From an uncultured delta proteobacterium (GTDB lineage Bacteria > Myxococcota > Myxococcia > Myxococcales > Myxococcaceae), in contig CAVZMH010000022.1 in the NCBI GenBank assembly GCA_963776345.1, positions 320,001 through 384,000 of the forward strand: a stretch of DNA of 64,000 nucleotides, in the 5' to 3' direction. A model generated the notes under the pieces. That model was not told the origin of the DNA. It was given only the letters and a program-made list of their open reading frames with translations, and made no database searches. Every line of letters starts with the position of its first letter. The stretch's first letter is position 1. This document shows, one piece after another, positions 27,943 through 38,376 of this stretch. Both the position numbers and the translations under genes were made by a program.

Positions 27943-28470
27943 GTGCGCCCCGAGCAGCCGCCTGCAGAGTCGAAGACGAGCCCCGAGCGTCAGGCGTGGA
28001 TGCAGCGGACCCTGCGCGCCGCCGTGGCCCGGGCCTGCCCGTCCGACCTCGCCGCACAGAGAGAGGACCTGGTGCAGGCTGCCCTGCTGCGGGTCCTCGA
28101 GCGCGAGGAGCAAGGTGAGCAGAATCAGGTCCGGACAGCGTCTTACCTCTGGCGCGTGGCGTTCAGCGTCATCGCGGACGAGCTGCGCCGGCGCCGGGCA
28201 GAGGAGCTGAGGTCGCGGAGGTCCATGGTGGGCGAGCAGGGAACACAGGATGGAGCCACACCCCTGCCCGAGCTCGGGGTCGGCATCCGGGACTGCCTGG
28301 GGGGGCTGGCGGAGCCGCGGCGAATGACCGTGTTGCTCCACCTGCAGGGGTTCCGGGCCGAGGAGGCGTCGCGCGTGCTCCACTGGGACCTGAAGCGGGT
28401 GCAGAACCTTCTCTACCGGGGGCTCGCGGATCTGCGTCGGTGCCTCGAGGACAAGGGACTGGTGCCATGA
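27943..28470 (+). CDS. ECF sigma factor
   Basis: EDLVQAALLRV, YLWRVAFSVIADELRRR (region 2), EEASRVLHWDLKRVQNLLYRGLADLR (region 4). Confidence 0.9.
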   Translation: MRPEQPPAESKTSPERQAWMQRTLRAAVARACPSDLAAQREDLVQAALLRVLEREEQGEQNQVRTASYLWRVAFSVIADELRRRRAEELRSRRSMVGEQGTQDGATPLPELGVGIRDCLGGLAEPRRMTVLLHLQGFRAEEASRVLHWDLKRVQNLLYRGLADLRRCLEDKGLVP

Positions 28471-29132
28471 GCGACGCGGAAGTCGAGAAGCTTCGAGCGG
28501 CGTGGGCCGCGCTCCCGCCCTCGGCGCCGGGTCCGAACTGCGCCCCACCCGACGCGATCTGGGAGGCGGTGGCAGGGAAGCGTCCGGAGCACGAGGTGCG
28601 GGCGATGCTCTCCCACAACCTCGGCTGCGCAGACTGCTCGGCGCTCTGGCGGCTGGCGCGCGAGCTCGGCAGCGCGGGGCGAGAGGACGCCGCCGCAGCG
28701 CCCGCCGAGGTGGTTCCGCTCCGGCGAGCCGGGCCGGCGCGCTGGCTGGTGGGCACGGGCGCGCTCGCCGCAGCGGCCGTGCTGGCGCTGCTCCTGCTGC
28801 CCCGGCCTGGGCACCGAGAGACCACGCCGGTGGTCCGCGGCTCGGAGGACGCCGTGCTCGCGGCAGACCCGGCCGCGAAGACGCTCGATCGGACGCACCC
28901 GGTGCTCCGCTGGACGGGCGCGCCCGACGGCAGCCGGTACACCGTCGTCGTCTCCACGCGCGATCTGACCGTGCTGTACAGGAAGAGCGGACTGGCGTCG
29001 CCCGAAGTCGAGATTCCAGCGGAGTCGCTCGCCGCCGTCGTAGCCGGGGGTGAGGTCGTGTGGCGCGTCGAGGCCATCGCCCCTGGCGGCCGGCGGATCT
29101 CGTCTGGGGCGTTCCTCAGCCGCGTACAGTAG
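28467..29132 (+). CDS. Zinc-finger (HxxxCxxC) anti-sigma-like membrane protein
   Basis: ATGA overlap with sigma; C...HNLGCADC, single TM, external beta-rich domain after VVRG. Confidence 0.8.
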   Translation: MSDAEVEKLRAAWAALPPSAPGPNCAPPDAIWEAVAGKRPEHEVRAMLSHNLGCADCSALWRLARELGSAGREDAAAAPAEVVPLRRAGPARWLVGTGALAAAAVLALLLLPRPGHRETTPVVRGSEDAVLAADPAAKTLDRTHPVLRWTGAPDGSRYTVVVSTRDLTVLYRKSGLASPEVEIPAESLAAVVAGGEVVWRVEAIAPGGRRISSGAFLSRVQ

Positions 29133-29136
29133 GCCC

Positions 29137-31974
29137 GTGGGGCGGACGTTCCGCGGGTTCCTTCTGCTGTCGAGTCTGGCCGTCGCCGACGCCGGCGCGG
29201 TGCCGCGCTCGGCGGCGGAGTGCGATGCGATGGTCCGGGCGCAGCCGCGGGCACTCGCCTCGTACCGCTGCTACTGGGACCTCGCGCATGGCGGTCGTCG
29301 CCTGGAGGCCGAGCGAGGGCTGGAGGCCATTCTCCGCCGTCAACCGGAGAATCCTGGAGCGCTGCTCTATCTCGGCCTGTGCAGGGACGAGCGCGGGCTG
29401 GACGGCCGCGAGCTGTTCCGCCGGTCGATCTCCGCCTTCCAGCACAGCGGAGATCCCGAGGGTGAGGGGTACGCGCGGCTCGCGCTCTTCGCCATGGAAT
29501 GCATGGTGGGACGGAGCTGTGAGGAGCATCGCGACCAGCTCGACCAGACGGACGCGCTCGCCGCCCGCCACGGTCTGGGCGACCTCCACGCCATGGCCGT
29601 CATCTGGCGAGCCCGCGACGCCCTGATGGCGGACGACCTCGGCGCGGCCGAGCGCCATCTCCGGAAGGCCGAGGTGGCGGTCGGCCCGGACGGTCCCCTC
29701 TGGCTCCGGAGCTGGATCCTCGACCAGTTCGGATTCCTGTTCCTGGAGGAGGGGCGCTTCGCGGAGGCGCTCGACACCTTCCGCACCCGCGCGAAGCTGG
29801 TCGAGTCGCTCTCGCCTGCGGCGCACGCGGCCGCGCTGGGCGGGATGGGGACCGCCGCCCTCGAGCTCGCCCAGCGAGGGGAGCTCGACCGCGGGGAGGC
29901 CGAGCGGATGCTCCAGGAGGCGCTGGACGCCGAGGACCGGGGAGGCGTCGACCTCGGGAGCCGCTACTCGGGCTCGCTGGTGACCCGATTGCAGCTCGCG
30001 TTCCTCCACGGTCCGACCGGCGCCGCCGTCGACGAGCTGCACCACCTTCGCCGGACCCACCAGCAGAGAGGACACAACTACCCATTCCCGGTCCTCTGGC
30101 TGCTGGCGCGCTTCACCTACGAGCGCGACCACTCGGCGCTGCCCGAGGCGCTCGGGTACGCCGACGAGGCGCTCGCCCTGTGCCGACTCCAGTCGCACGA
30201 ATGGGAACGGGCCTACGGACTCCTGGTGCGCGCCGACCTCTTCTGGCGGGGTGGCGACCGCGCGCGCGGCGTGGTCGACGCGCGCGCGGCGCTGGACAGC
30301 TTCGAGCGGCTTCGCGGGAGACAGCCCGACGCGACGGTCCGTGCGAGGTATGGGGCGTCCACCGCCTTCGCCCACCAGCTCGTCGCGGGGTGGCTCCTCG
30401 ACCCGGCACGCGGGCCCCCCGATGCCGAGGCGGGGTTCGGGATCATGGAACGGCTCCGGGCCCGGGTGCTGTTCGAGAACCTGCTCGCCGCTCGCGGTCG
30501 GCGCGAGCTGCCGCACGACCTGCGCGAGCGCGGGCTCGAGATTCACCAGCGCATCTCGCAGTTGCAGAGGCGCCTCCTGGACTCGGGGTTGGGCGAGGAG
30601 CGGAAGGAGGTTCAGCGCGCGCTCGCTGCGGCCGAGAGCGAGGAGGCCACCTGGAACGACGATGTCGCCCGCGCGCTGCCCGGGTTCCGGAGCCTCGAGC
30701 TCGTGCCGCCTCGTCTCTCCGAGGTGCAACGCGCCCTGGGCGTGGACGAGGCGATGCTCCTGTTCCAGACCTGGACGCGCGAGCCCAATCCGGAGGCACC
30801 CTACGAGGACGGGAGCTCCTGGGTGCTGGCGGTCACCCGGCAGTCCGTCCGGGCACATCGGATCCCGGATGCCGAGCGGCTTCAGCCCGCCATCGAGCAG
30901 TGGCTCGCCCTGCTCGGGCGGCGAGACGGATCGGAGGCAGCAGGGGCGGCGCGACTCTACCGGGACCTCCTGGGCGAGGCCCTGGAGGGTCTTCCGGGAG
31001 GGGTGACCCATCTCGTCGTGGTGCCCGATGGCCCGCTGCACGCCCTCCCGTTCGACGCGCTACGGGCGAACGAGCGCGGCCCGCTCGTCGCCGAGCGATA
31101 TGCGGTGTCGATCACCCCGTCCGCCACGCTCTGGAAGCACTGGCGGAGCGCAGAGCCCGGGACGCGGACCGGCGCGCTGCTCGCGCTCGCCGACCCCGAG
31201 CTGCCCCGCGGTCCGGGCGCTGGAATCGCGGACGCCTGGCGGCAGACGGGCATCACGCTTGCGCCCCTCCCGCGGGCCCGCGACGAGGCCAGGGTGGCGG
31301 CGGCGGCGGGCGCGCCGGGCAGCAGGATGCTGGCGGGCGCCGAGGCCAGCGAGCACTTCCTGAAGACGGTGGACCTCCACACCTTCGACGTCCTCCACCT
31401 TGCGACCCACGCCATCGTGGACGTCGAGGCGCCGGAGCGGTCCGCAGTCGTCCTCTCACCGGGAGCCCAGGCCGAGGACGGGCTGCTGCAATCCCGGGAG
31501 ATCTACCAGCTCGACCTCGACGCGAACGTGGTGGTGCTCGCCGCCTGCCGCAGCGCCTCGGGGCTTGGTCTCCGGGGCGAGGGTGTCGTTGGGCTCGGGC
31601 GGTCGTTCTTCGAGGCCGGGGCGCATGCGGTGGTGGGGAGCCTCTGGGCGCTCCGGGACGACGAGTCCTCGGAGCTGCTCGAGGCCTTCTACCGGCGGCT
31701 CGGCGGCGGGGCCTCGCTCGCGGAGTCGATGGCCGGCGCGCGGCGGGACCGCATCCGGGGAGGCGCTCCGCCGGCCGCCTGGGCCGGGATGATCGTCCTC
31801 GGGGAGGGCGCGATCCGTCCCGTTCCGGAGGCGGTGGTGCGGGAACGGGCCCGCGGGCGGCTGGAGCACCTCGCCGCCGGCGGAGCCTTGCTGCTCGCGC
31901 TCGGGCTGGTCGCCGGCGTGGTGTGGCGACGTCGGCGGGCCCGGGCTAGTCCGGCGCACATCCAGAAGACCTGA
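29137..31974 (+). CDS. TPR-CHAT (caspase-like) protease with signal peptide and C-terminal TM anchor
   Basis: VVPDGPLHALPFDAL, LHLATHA (His), VVLAACRS (Cys), GEGVVGL, VVGSLW, WAG; C-terminal TM + RRRRAR. Confidence 0.9.
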   Translation: MGRTFRGFLLLSSLAVADAGAVPRSAAECDAMVRAQPRALASYRCYWDLAHGGRRLEAERGLEAILRRQPENPGALLYLGLCRDERGLDGRELFRRSISAFQHSGDPEGEGYARLALFAMECMVGRSCEEHRDQLDQTDALAARHGLGDLHAMAVIWRARDALMADDLGAAERHLRKAEVAVGPDGPLWLRSWILDQFGFLFLEEGRFAEALDTFRTRAKLVESLSPAAHAAALGGMGTAALELAQRGELDRGEAERMLQEALDAEDRGGVDLGSRYSGSLVTRLQLAFLHGPTGAAVDELHHLRRTHQQRGHNYPFPVLWLLARFTYERDHSALPEALGYADEALALCRLQSHEWERAYGLLVRADLFWRGGDRARGVVDARAALDSFERLRGRQPDATVRARYGASTAFAHQLVAGWLLDPARGPPDAEAGFGIMERLRARVLFENLLAARGRRELPHDLRERGLEIHQRISQLQRRLLDSGLGEERKEVQRALAAAESEEATWNDDVARALPGFRSLELVPPRLSEVQRALGVDEAMLLFQTWTREPNPEAPYEDGSSWVLAVTRQSVRAHRIPDAERLQPAIEQWLALLGRRDGSEAAGAARLYRDLLGEALEGLPGGVTHLVVVPDGPLHALPFDALRANERGPLVAERYAVSITPSATLWKHWRSAEPGTRTGALLALADPELPRGPGAGIADAWRQTGITLAPLPRARDEARVAAAAGAPGSRMLAGAEASEHFLKTVDLHTFDVLHLATHAIVDVEAPERSAVVLSPGAQAEDGLLQSREIYQLDLDANVVVLAACRSASGLGLRGEGVVGLGRSFFEAGAHAVVGSLWALRDDESSELLEAFYRRLGGGASLAESMAGARRDRIRGGAPPAAWAGMIVLGEGAIRPVPEAVVRERARGRLEHLAAGGALLLALGLVAGVVWRRRRARASPAHIQKT

Positions 31975-31986
31975 GCCGCTTCGCCC

Positions 31987-33861
31987 TCAGAGGCCCTGCA
32001 CCTTCACCGGCGACGGGCGGTTGATGAAGGTGCCGTCGCCGAGCTCGCCGTCCTGGTTGTATCCCCAGGCCCAGACCGTCCCGTCGGATCGGAGCGCCAG
32101 CACCCATCGGCCCGAGGTGGAGAGGCTGACCGCCTGGTTGAATCCGTTGGCCGCCGGGGTCGACCTGTCGGCGGTCGTTCCATTGCCGAGCACGCCATCG
32201 GCATTCGCGCCGTTGGCCAGCACGCTCCCTGCGTCGATCACCAGGAGGAAGGTGTCCGAGCCCGCAGCGTTGCTCACGCCGTCCGAGATCAGGATCGGCG
32301 AGGACCTCCCGAGCACATCGGTGTAGAGCTTCGCCGTTGCGGCGAGCGCGGTGGGGGTAAGCGCGCCCGCGAACTGAGCCACCCCTGCGGTGAACACCGT
32401 GCCGCCCCAGGCGAAGGCGGTGTTCACGTTCCCCTGAGCATCCTTCTTCCGGGCGTACGACCGGCCGAAGGCCGTGAGGAGGTCCGAGATACCGGAGAGC
32501 CCGGGGACCTGAAACGGCGTGCTCTTGAGGGTGGGAGTTCCGTCGCCGAGCTGCCCGAACGAGTTGTTCCCCCACGCCCACACCGTCCCGTCCGACTTGA
32601 GCGCCAGGGTGTGGTTCCTCGCCACCGAGATCGCGCCGATCCCGGCGACGACGAGCACCTGGGCCGGCGTCGAGTCCCCGGTGCTGCCGCCGTTCGTGCC
32701 CCGGCCGAGTTCGCCGGAGTTGTTGAGTCCCCAGGCCCACACCGTCCCGTCGTCACGGAGCGCGACGGAGAAACTGTCGCTGGCGGCGATGTCCACGAAG
32801 TGCCCGGTCAGGGCGACCTTCACCGGCACGAGCTGCGTCTGTGCACCCGCCGCGGGAAGTGGGGCGCCCCAGGCCCAGACGCTCCCGTCCGCGGCCAGCG
32901 CGAGCGAATGGTAGTGACCGGCAGAGACCCGGGTGATCGCTGGGAGGCCCGGCACTTGGACCGCGGACAACCGGTTGGCGGCAGTGGTGCCATCGCCGAG
33001 CTGGTGCTGGTCGTTTCGCCCCCAGGCCCACACGCTGCCGTCGCTCTTCACCGCGAGCCCGTGGTGCCAGCCTGCGGAGACCTGGATGACTCCCCCTGGG
33101 CTGGACACTCCGAGCAGCGCCGCATCGGAGGTGCTGTCGGAGCCGGGCACCCCGGCCAGCGAGACGATGGCCCGGAACCGCATGCCGTTGTCGCCCGCCG
33201 CGGCCGCCGGGGTGGTGTAGGTCCCCTGGGTCGCGCCGGCGATGGCGGCCCAGGTCGCCCCCTGGTCGCGCGACGATTCCCAGGCGTAGGACAGCGTGCC
33301 GCCGGTCTGTGGCACGGCGCTGACCGAGAAGGTCGCCGTCTGACCGGGGCTCACCGTCTGATCCTGTGGCTGCGCCACGATCAGCGGAGGGAGAACAGCG
33401 ACCACCAGGGGGAAGGAGAAGCTGGAGATCTCCCCGGTGATGGTGGAGCCGCTCACCGTCGCCCCGCTGACCTGCGTCCAGCCCGTCTGCCGGAACCCGT
33501 TCTTGAAGAGCATGATCCGCGCGCCAGACGGGACGCGGGCCGGATTGAAGGGGAGGGTCAGGGTCACGGGCTTGCCGAAGGTCGTCCCGTGCGGGGTGAG
33601 CGCGAAGACGTCCCCCACCGCGACCAGGTCAGCGACGGTGGGCAGTGCGGCGGCGCCGGTACCGTCCTTGGTCACCTGGACGTCGACCGACGAGGAGAGG
33701 GCGCCGGGCGGGATCACCACCCTGGCGCCCTCGGCGCTGGTCACCGTCCCCCCGGCAGGGCCGATTCCCTTGTCGGAGGGGGGAGGGGAGCTGCTGCCGC
33801 AGCCGACCAGCAGGACCGCCACCGCCCAGAGAGCCGCCGGCCTCCGCTTCAGGATGTTCAC
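31987..33861 (-). CDS. Lipoprotein with ZU5-like, Ig-like and RCC1 repeats
   Basis: GGAGG RBS + GTG; LLVGC lipobox; IGPAGGTV..IPPGAL, repeated SDGxVWAWGxNxxGxLGDGT. Confidence 0.85.
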   Translation of the reverse strand: MNILKRRPAALWAVAVLLVGCGSSSPPPSDKGIGPAGGTVTSAEGARVVIPPGALSSSVDVQVTKDGTGAAALPTVADLVAVGDVFALTPHGTTFGKPVTLTLPFNPARVPSGARIMLFKNGFRQTGWTQVSGATVSGSTITGEISSFSFPLVVAVLPPLIVAQPQDQTVSPGQTATFSVSAVPQTGGTLSYAWESSRDQGATWAAIAGATQGTYTTPAAAAGDNGMRFRAIVSLAGVPGSDSTSDAALLGVSSPGGVIQVSAGWHHGLAVKSDGSVWAWGRNDQHQLGDGTTAANRLSAVQVPGLPAITRVSAGHYHSLALAADGSVWAWGAPLPAAGAQTQLVPVKVALTGHFVDIAASDSFSVALRDDGTVWAWGLNNSGELGRGTNGGSTGDSTPAQVLVVAGIGAISVARNHTLALKSDGTVWAWGNNSFGQLGDGTPTLKSTPFQVPGLSGISDLLTAFGRSYARKKDAQGNVNTAFAWGGTVFTAGVAQFAGALTPTALAATAKLYTDVLGRSSPILISDGVSNAAGSDTFLLVIDAGSVLANGANADGVLGNGTTADRSTPAANGFNQAVSLSTSGRWVLALRSDGTVWAWGYNQDGELGDGTFINRPSPVKVQGL

Positions 33862-33890
33862 GATTGTTACCTCCGGAGATGCGGTCGCGC

Positions 33891-35972
33891 TCACTTGCAG
33901 CTCACCGTGACCTTGAAGTTGTCGAGCCCGCTCTGGTGGTCGATGAGGGTGGTGACGGTGCTGGAGATCGCGACGAGGTAGCCGACCTGAATCGGCGTGC
34001 CGGTCTCCAGGTCGAGCGGGCCCGGCGCCGAGCCGTTCACCAGGACGAAGTCCGCTGCGGTGAGCCCCTGGTACGAGACCCTCCCCCAGCTCCCGGCGGG
34101 GCCGGCCGCGCCCCGGGTGGTCCGGTAGAGTTGTCCGTCCTGGAGGAGCGCGAGGAAGTACGCGTTGGCCGCGAAGCCATCGACGCCCGAGATGTCGAAG
34201 CTGGCGTCGATGCCGCTGATGGCGCCTTGCGTGCGCGGGTCGAAGACGGCCGCAGTCAGGAGATTCTGATGGAGGAGGATGCCCACGCCGGCGAGGTGGT
34301 TCGCCACCCACCGGTACTCGCCCGGGACGCCGCCGGTGAGGCGCTGCTCGGCGTGCGCGGAGGCGGAGATGCCTGCGGTCGTTCCAGCCGCCAGCGCATC
34401 GGTCCAGTCCGCCGGGGCGAAGGTGTGGTCTTCGAAGACGACCTGTGGAGTCGGGCGGCACGCCGGTGGCGTGACGTGGACCACGGTCGACCCCGAGATC
34501 GATCCGTCCTGCACGCTCGTCGCGGTGATCGTGTAGTCGCCTGGGACCGGGGCGGTGAAGGTGACGCCCCCGCCGATCGCGGGTGTGATCGAGCCGCCGG
34601 CGGGGGTGGAGCTCCAGGCCACCCCCGACAGGTAGTTCCCCCGTCCGAGGACGGTGGCGGTCACGGTGGTCCACGAGGTCACCGGGAAGGTGTCCGGGGA
34701 AGCCCGGAGCTCGACCTGGAGCACAGTGCCTCCGGGAACCGCGGTGAAGTCGAAGTGGACGGCCGAGGTCTGCGCTCCCACCACCGTGAACGACCGGGAG
34801 CTCGAGTCGAGGAGCGTCTGGTTGCCGTCCTCCAGGATGCCGATGAGGTCGTAGGTGCCGGGCACCACCGCGGTGAAGGTGGTCCGCCCGAGGTCGCAGC
34901 GCGGCTCGCCGAGGCCGGACGGATAGGAGATCGACACGTGTTCCGCTCCAACCGCCGCGCACGGATCAGGCGTCGCTGGCGGCGCCACTCCATTCACCGT
35001 CCAGGTCACCTCGAGCGTGCCGATCGAGTTGACGTCGAAGACGAACGGGAATGCCACGTCGAGCAACGATCCAGGCTCGAGGAGACGGAGCTGGCCCGAG
35101 TCGACCAGCCCCGCGCTCGAGCCGTCGTCGCGGACGGCGTGCGCCTTGACCGTGTAGGTGTGGAAGCTCGGAAGATCGAGGAGTTTCGCTTGCCCCCACG
35201 TGCAGGGGAACTCCTCCGAGCGGACGAGCGTGAACTGGTCGAAGACGTCCACCTGCACCTTCTGGGTCCTGAGCGCGGAGCACGCCCGGTCGTCCGGGGG
35301 AAGGCCGTCCAGCGTCCAGGTGACGTCGATTTCGCCGAAGACGTGCAGGTCGAGGTGGACGGTCGTCCGCGTCCCCGGAGTCACGGTCGCAGTGGTGGAC
35401 TCGACCTGACAGGTGCCACCCAGGTTCGCGAAGCACTGGGTATCGGTCCGCAACGGTTCCGCGGTGACGGTGTGCTGCCCGGGATTGAGCTCGTCGACCT
35501 CGAGGTGGCCCACGGCGCAGCCCTGGGCGAACGGGTTCTGCCTATCCACCGACACCAGCACGTTGCCGACCTCGGCTCCGGCGCAACCGGCGTCGAGGCC
35601 CTGCGAGCCGACGGTCCAGACGATGTCCAGCGAGCCGGCGTCAGGGTTGGGGCCCGGCCCCGTGTGCACGTAGCAGTGGAGGTCGGTGCCGCAGTATCCG
35701 CCGGCGCAGTCGGAGTCGTGGAGACAGTAGGCGCAGATCGACTGCGGCACGACCCTGCAGTGCCCACCAGGGTCGAGCTGTCCGGCTGGGCAGTCCTGCG
35801 TGAGGCACTGCAGGTTGCCGCGGCACTCTCTCTTGTCGACACACCCCGCACCGACGTCCCCCGTCGCGTCGCGGACGTCGTCCGGATTGCAGCCGTGGGC
35901 CAGCGCAGCGACACAGGCGAGCGCGCAGGTGGTTGCCAGCAAGGAGCCCCGACGGTGAATCGACCTTTGCAT
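33891..35972 (-). CDS. Cys-rich multidomain lipoprotein
   Basis: LAHGC lipobox, Cys-rich N-domain, three repeated xWTV/L-G...C-G modules. Confidence 0.7.
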   Translation of the reverse strand: MQRSIHRRGSLLATTCALACVAALAHGCNPDDVRDATGDVGAGCVDKRECRGNLQCLTQDCPAGQLDPGGHCRVVPQSICAYCLHDSDCAGGYCGTDLHCYVHTGPGPNPDAGSLDIVWTVGSQGLDAGCAGAEVGNVLVSVDRQNPFAQGCAVGHLEVDELNPGQHTVTAEPLRTDTQCFANLGGTCQVESTTATVTPGTRTTVHLDLHVFGEIDVTWTLDGLPPDDRACSALRTQKVQVDVFDQFTLVRSEEFPCTWGQAKLLDLPSFHTYTVKAHAVRDDGSSAGLVDSGQLRLLEPGSLLDVAFPFVFDVNSIGTLEVTWTVNGVAPPATPDPCAAVGAEHVSISYPSGLGEPRCDLGRTTFTAVVPGTYDLIGILEDGNQTLLDSSSRSFTVVGAQTSAVHFDFTAVPGGTVLQVELRASPDTFPVTSWTTVTATVLGRGNYLSGVAWSSTPAGGSITPAIGGGVTFTAPVPGDYTITATSVQDGSISGSTVVHVTPPACRPTPQVVFEDHTFAPADWTDALAAGTTAGISASAHAEQRLTGGVPGEYRWVANHLAGVGILLHQNLLTAAVFDPRTQGAISGIDASFDISGVDGFAANAYFLALLQDGQLYRTTRGAAGPAGSWGRVSYQGLTAADFVLVNGSAPGPLDLETGTPIQVGYLVAISSTVTTLIDHQSGLDNFKVTVSCK

Positions 35973-36172
35973 GGCCTGGCACTCCTCGCTCCGAGCAACC
36001 TGGGGAGTGACGCAGCCGAGGCCTGGTTCTGCTCAACCGGACGCGTCCCACGCTCCCACGCCGGTCTCACCCCGGGACCACCAGTCCGCGCCGTCTGGAA
36101 TCCGGGTCGGGCGACACCCCGGGGAGGCCATTCCGGCGCAGCGGCGCGTCCCTCATGCGCCACGGCCCCGGG

Positions 36173-37585
36173 TCACCTCGCTGCGTGCGGCAAGGGTGGT
36201 CCGGGAAGGCCGGCGGACAGTCCGAGCCGCGCAAGCAGAGCCTGGAAACCGGGCTCGTCACGGAGGTTGGCCATCGTCGGGTCCACCCGCATCGCCAACG
36301 CGGCAGGCTCGTGCCGGGCGCACGCCTCCTCGAGGTGGGTGAGCGCCTGCTCCTTCCGTCCGAGCAGGGACTCGATCTGCGCGAGCGAGTAAGCCCCGGC
36401 GGAACCCTTCTCGTAACGGGCCAGGCGCCTGAGGCGGAGCCGTTCCAGCAGGGCCGGAGGGCCGCCGTCCGTCATCGCCGCTTCCTCCTCGGCGACCGCG
36501 GCCAGCGAGTCCGGGTCACGGAGCAGCTCGGCGAAACGCCGGCCCTCCACCAGGTACATCTGGTACTCCGCCCGGTTGAAGTGCATGTCCGCCAGGTACC
36601 GATGCGGTGAGACCAGGTCAGGCTCCGTGCGCGCGAGGCGGGCCAGAAGCTCCAGCCCCTCGCCCTGCTGACCGGCGGCATAGAGGATGAGGCCACGGTC
36701 GGCGACGATCGAGGCCGAGGTGGGCTCGAGCTCCTGTGCCCGGCCGATCTCCTCGAGCGCCTCCGCGTGCCGGCCGAGGAGCATCAGGGAGGTGGCGAAC
36801 CAGTGGTGGGCCTCGGCGTCGCGGGAGTCGAGGGCGATCGCTTTCCGGAACTCCCGCTCGGCGGCCGGCACGTCGAAGCTCCAGTTGAACGCGGCGAAGG
36901 CCAGCGAACGGTGGCCCAGCGACGAGTCGGGGTCGAGCTCCACCGCCTTCTGCGCGGCGGCGATGGCCCGCGGGAAAGCCTCGCTGTCCGGCATCAGCGA
37001 GTACTCACGCAGCAGGTTGTAGGAGTCGGCCAGACCGGCGTAGGCCGGCGCGAAGCGTGGGTCGCGCTCGATGAGGTGGGTGAAGCAGTCCACCGCCTCC
37101 TGGAGCCGCTCGGCGGTGCGCTTGCTCCAGGCATAGCGACATTCAAGATACGCGCGGGCGATCTCGGGATCCGCGCCGTGGAGGGGACGAGCGCCGCTTG
37201 ATCGAGGACTCGCGCCGGCGACCCACAGCAGTCCGGCGGTTCCGAGGACGAGGATCAGCAGGACCAGAAGGATGCCTGGACGCCAAGGCTGCGGTGATGT
37301 CTCGACCGAGCTGCTCGCCGGGGGCGAAGCGGGGGCCACCGGCGCCGGCTCGGGCATCCTCGGCGGCTCGGCCTCGAGCGCGTTGTGCTCCAGCCAGCGG
37401 CGCAGCTCGTGGGCGTAGGCGTAGACCCCGCTCCGGCCCTTGCCCGGGATGCGATGCACGGGCAGCGCGCGTTCCTTCTCCCAGCGCTTGACGGTGCGTG
37501 GATCGCGACGAAAGAACGCCGCGATCTCCTTCCACGAGTCGAGCCGTCGATCATCCTCGGCGCCGACACCCGCTCGCGGATCCAT
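36173..37585 (-). CDS. HTH-TM-TPR membrane-anchored regulator
   Basis: RLDSWKEIAAFFRRDPRTVKRWEKERALPVHR HTH, TM, TPRs (DPRFAPAYAGLADSY), LRDEPGFQALL tail. Confidence 0.8.
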   Translation of the reverse strand: MDPRAGVGAEDDRRLDSWKEIAAFFRRDPRTVKRWEKERALPVHRIPGKGRSGVYAYAHELRRWLEHNALEAEPPRMPEPAPVAPASPPASSSVETSPQPWRPGILLVLLILVLGTAGLLWVAGASPRSSGARPLHGADPEIARAYLECRYAWSKRTAERLQEAVDCFTHLIERDPRFAPAYAGLADSYNLLREYSLMPDSEAFPRAIAAAQKAVELDPDSSLGHRSLAFAAFNWSFDVPAAEREFRKAIALDSRDAEAHHWFATSLMLLGRHAEALEEIGRAQELEPTSASIVADRGLILYAAGQQGEGLELLARLARTEPDLVSPHRYLADMHFNRAEYQMYLVEGRRFAELLRDPDSLAAVAEEEAAMTDGGPPALLERLRLRRLARYEKGSAGAYSLAQIESLLGRKEQALTHLEEACARHEPAALAMRVDPTMANLRDEPGFQALLARLGLSAGLPGPPLPHAAR

Positions 37586-37953
37586 GGCGTCCCTTCGCTC
37601 CCTGTCTACCCGCGCCCTCGCGACGGGGCAAGGCGCAGCGGGATCTCGCGGGGCAGCACGGGGCACGAGGGGATCCGTACTCGCTCGCCGCCAAGAGGCC
37701 CGTGTACGCCGTGTTTCTCCGACTCGGGAAGCATCCGCCGTTCGATGGCGGGAAGGGAGACCCCTCGATGTTTCGCGTTCGCGCCGGATCGCTGGCGCCG
37801 GGACCCACGGACGGACTGGTTCCCAGCAGCAGCAACCCATTCACTGAGGCCACGGTGTTGCTCGGGGCTCCCATGCTCCTGCCGCCGGCGCGCCTCGGAG
37901 GCAGGGGCCGACAGGGACTGGGGACGAATGACACCGGAATGTGGAGGTGGACG

Positions 37954-38376
37954 ATGAAGGCTCTGACGGCGTTCGCGGCTCTGGCAATGGTGCTGGGTTG
38001 TGGCAGCAGCAGCGGGACGGACGGCGGCGGGAACCCGAATGACGGCGGTACCAAGAGCGATGGTGGCACCTCGAGCGATGCAGGCTCCGGTGGATACCTC
38101 ATCGGCGGGACCCTCCTCACCGCGGGCGCGTCCAGCCTCGTGCTCGCCACGCCTGGCGAGCCCAACCTGACCATCCCGAACAGCTATGAACCGCCCTTTG
38201 CATTCGCGAATCGGGTGCCGACTGGCACGGCCTACAACGTCACCATCTTCCGTCAGCCACAGTCGCCCCCGTGCACCGGCGTCTGCACCTGCGTCATCCT
38301 GGACGGTGGCGTGGGCATCGTCGGAAACGCCGACGTGACCAGCGTCCTGGTGGCGTGTGCGATCCAGTTGCCCTGA
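37954..38376 (+). CDS. Lipoprotein with DGG linker and Ig-like repeat
   Basis: GGAGG RBS; VLGC lipobox; TGTAYNVTIFRQP...C...ADVTSVLVAC. Confidence 0.75.
   Translation: MKALTAFAALAMVLGCGSSSGTDGGGNPNDGGTKSDGGTSSDAGSGGYLIGGTLLTAGASSLVLATPGEPNLTIPNSYEPPFAFANRVPTGTAYNVTIFRQPQSPPCTGVCTCVILDGGVGIVGNADVTSVLVACAIQLP

Noticed and set aside
29137..31974. CHAT protein as part of a type III-E CRISPR or anti-phage system
   Set aside because: No cas genes or array, and the predicted exported topology fits signalling better.
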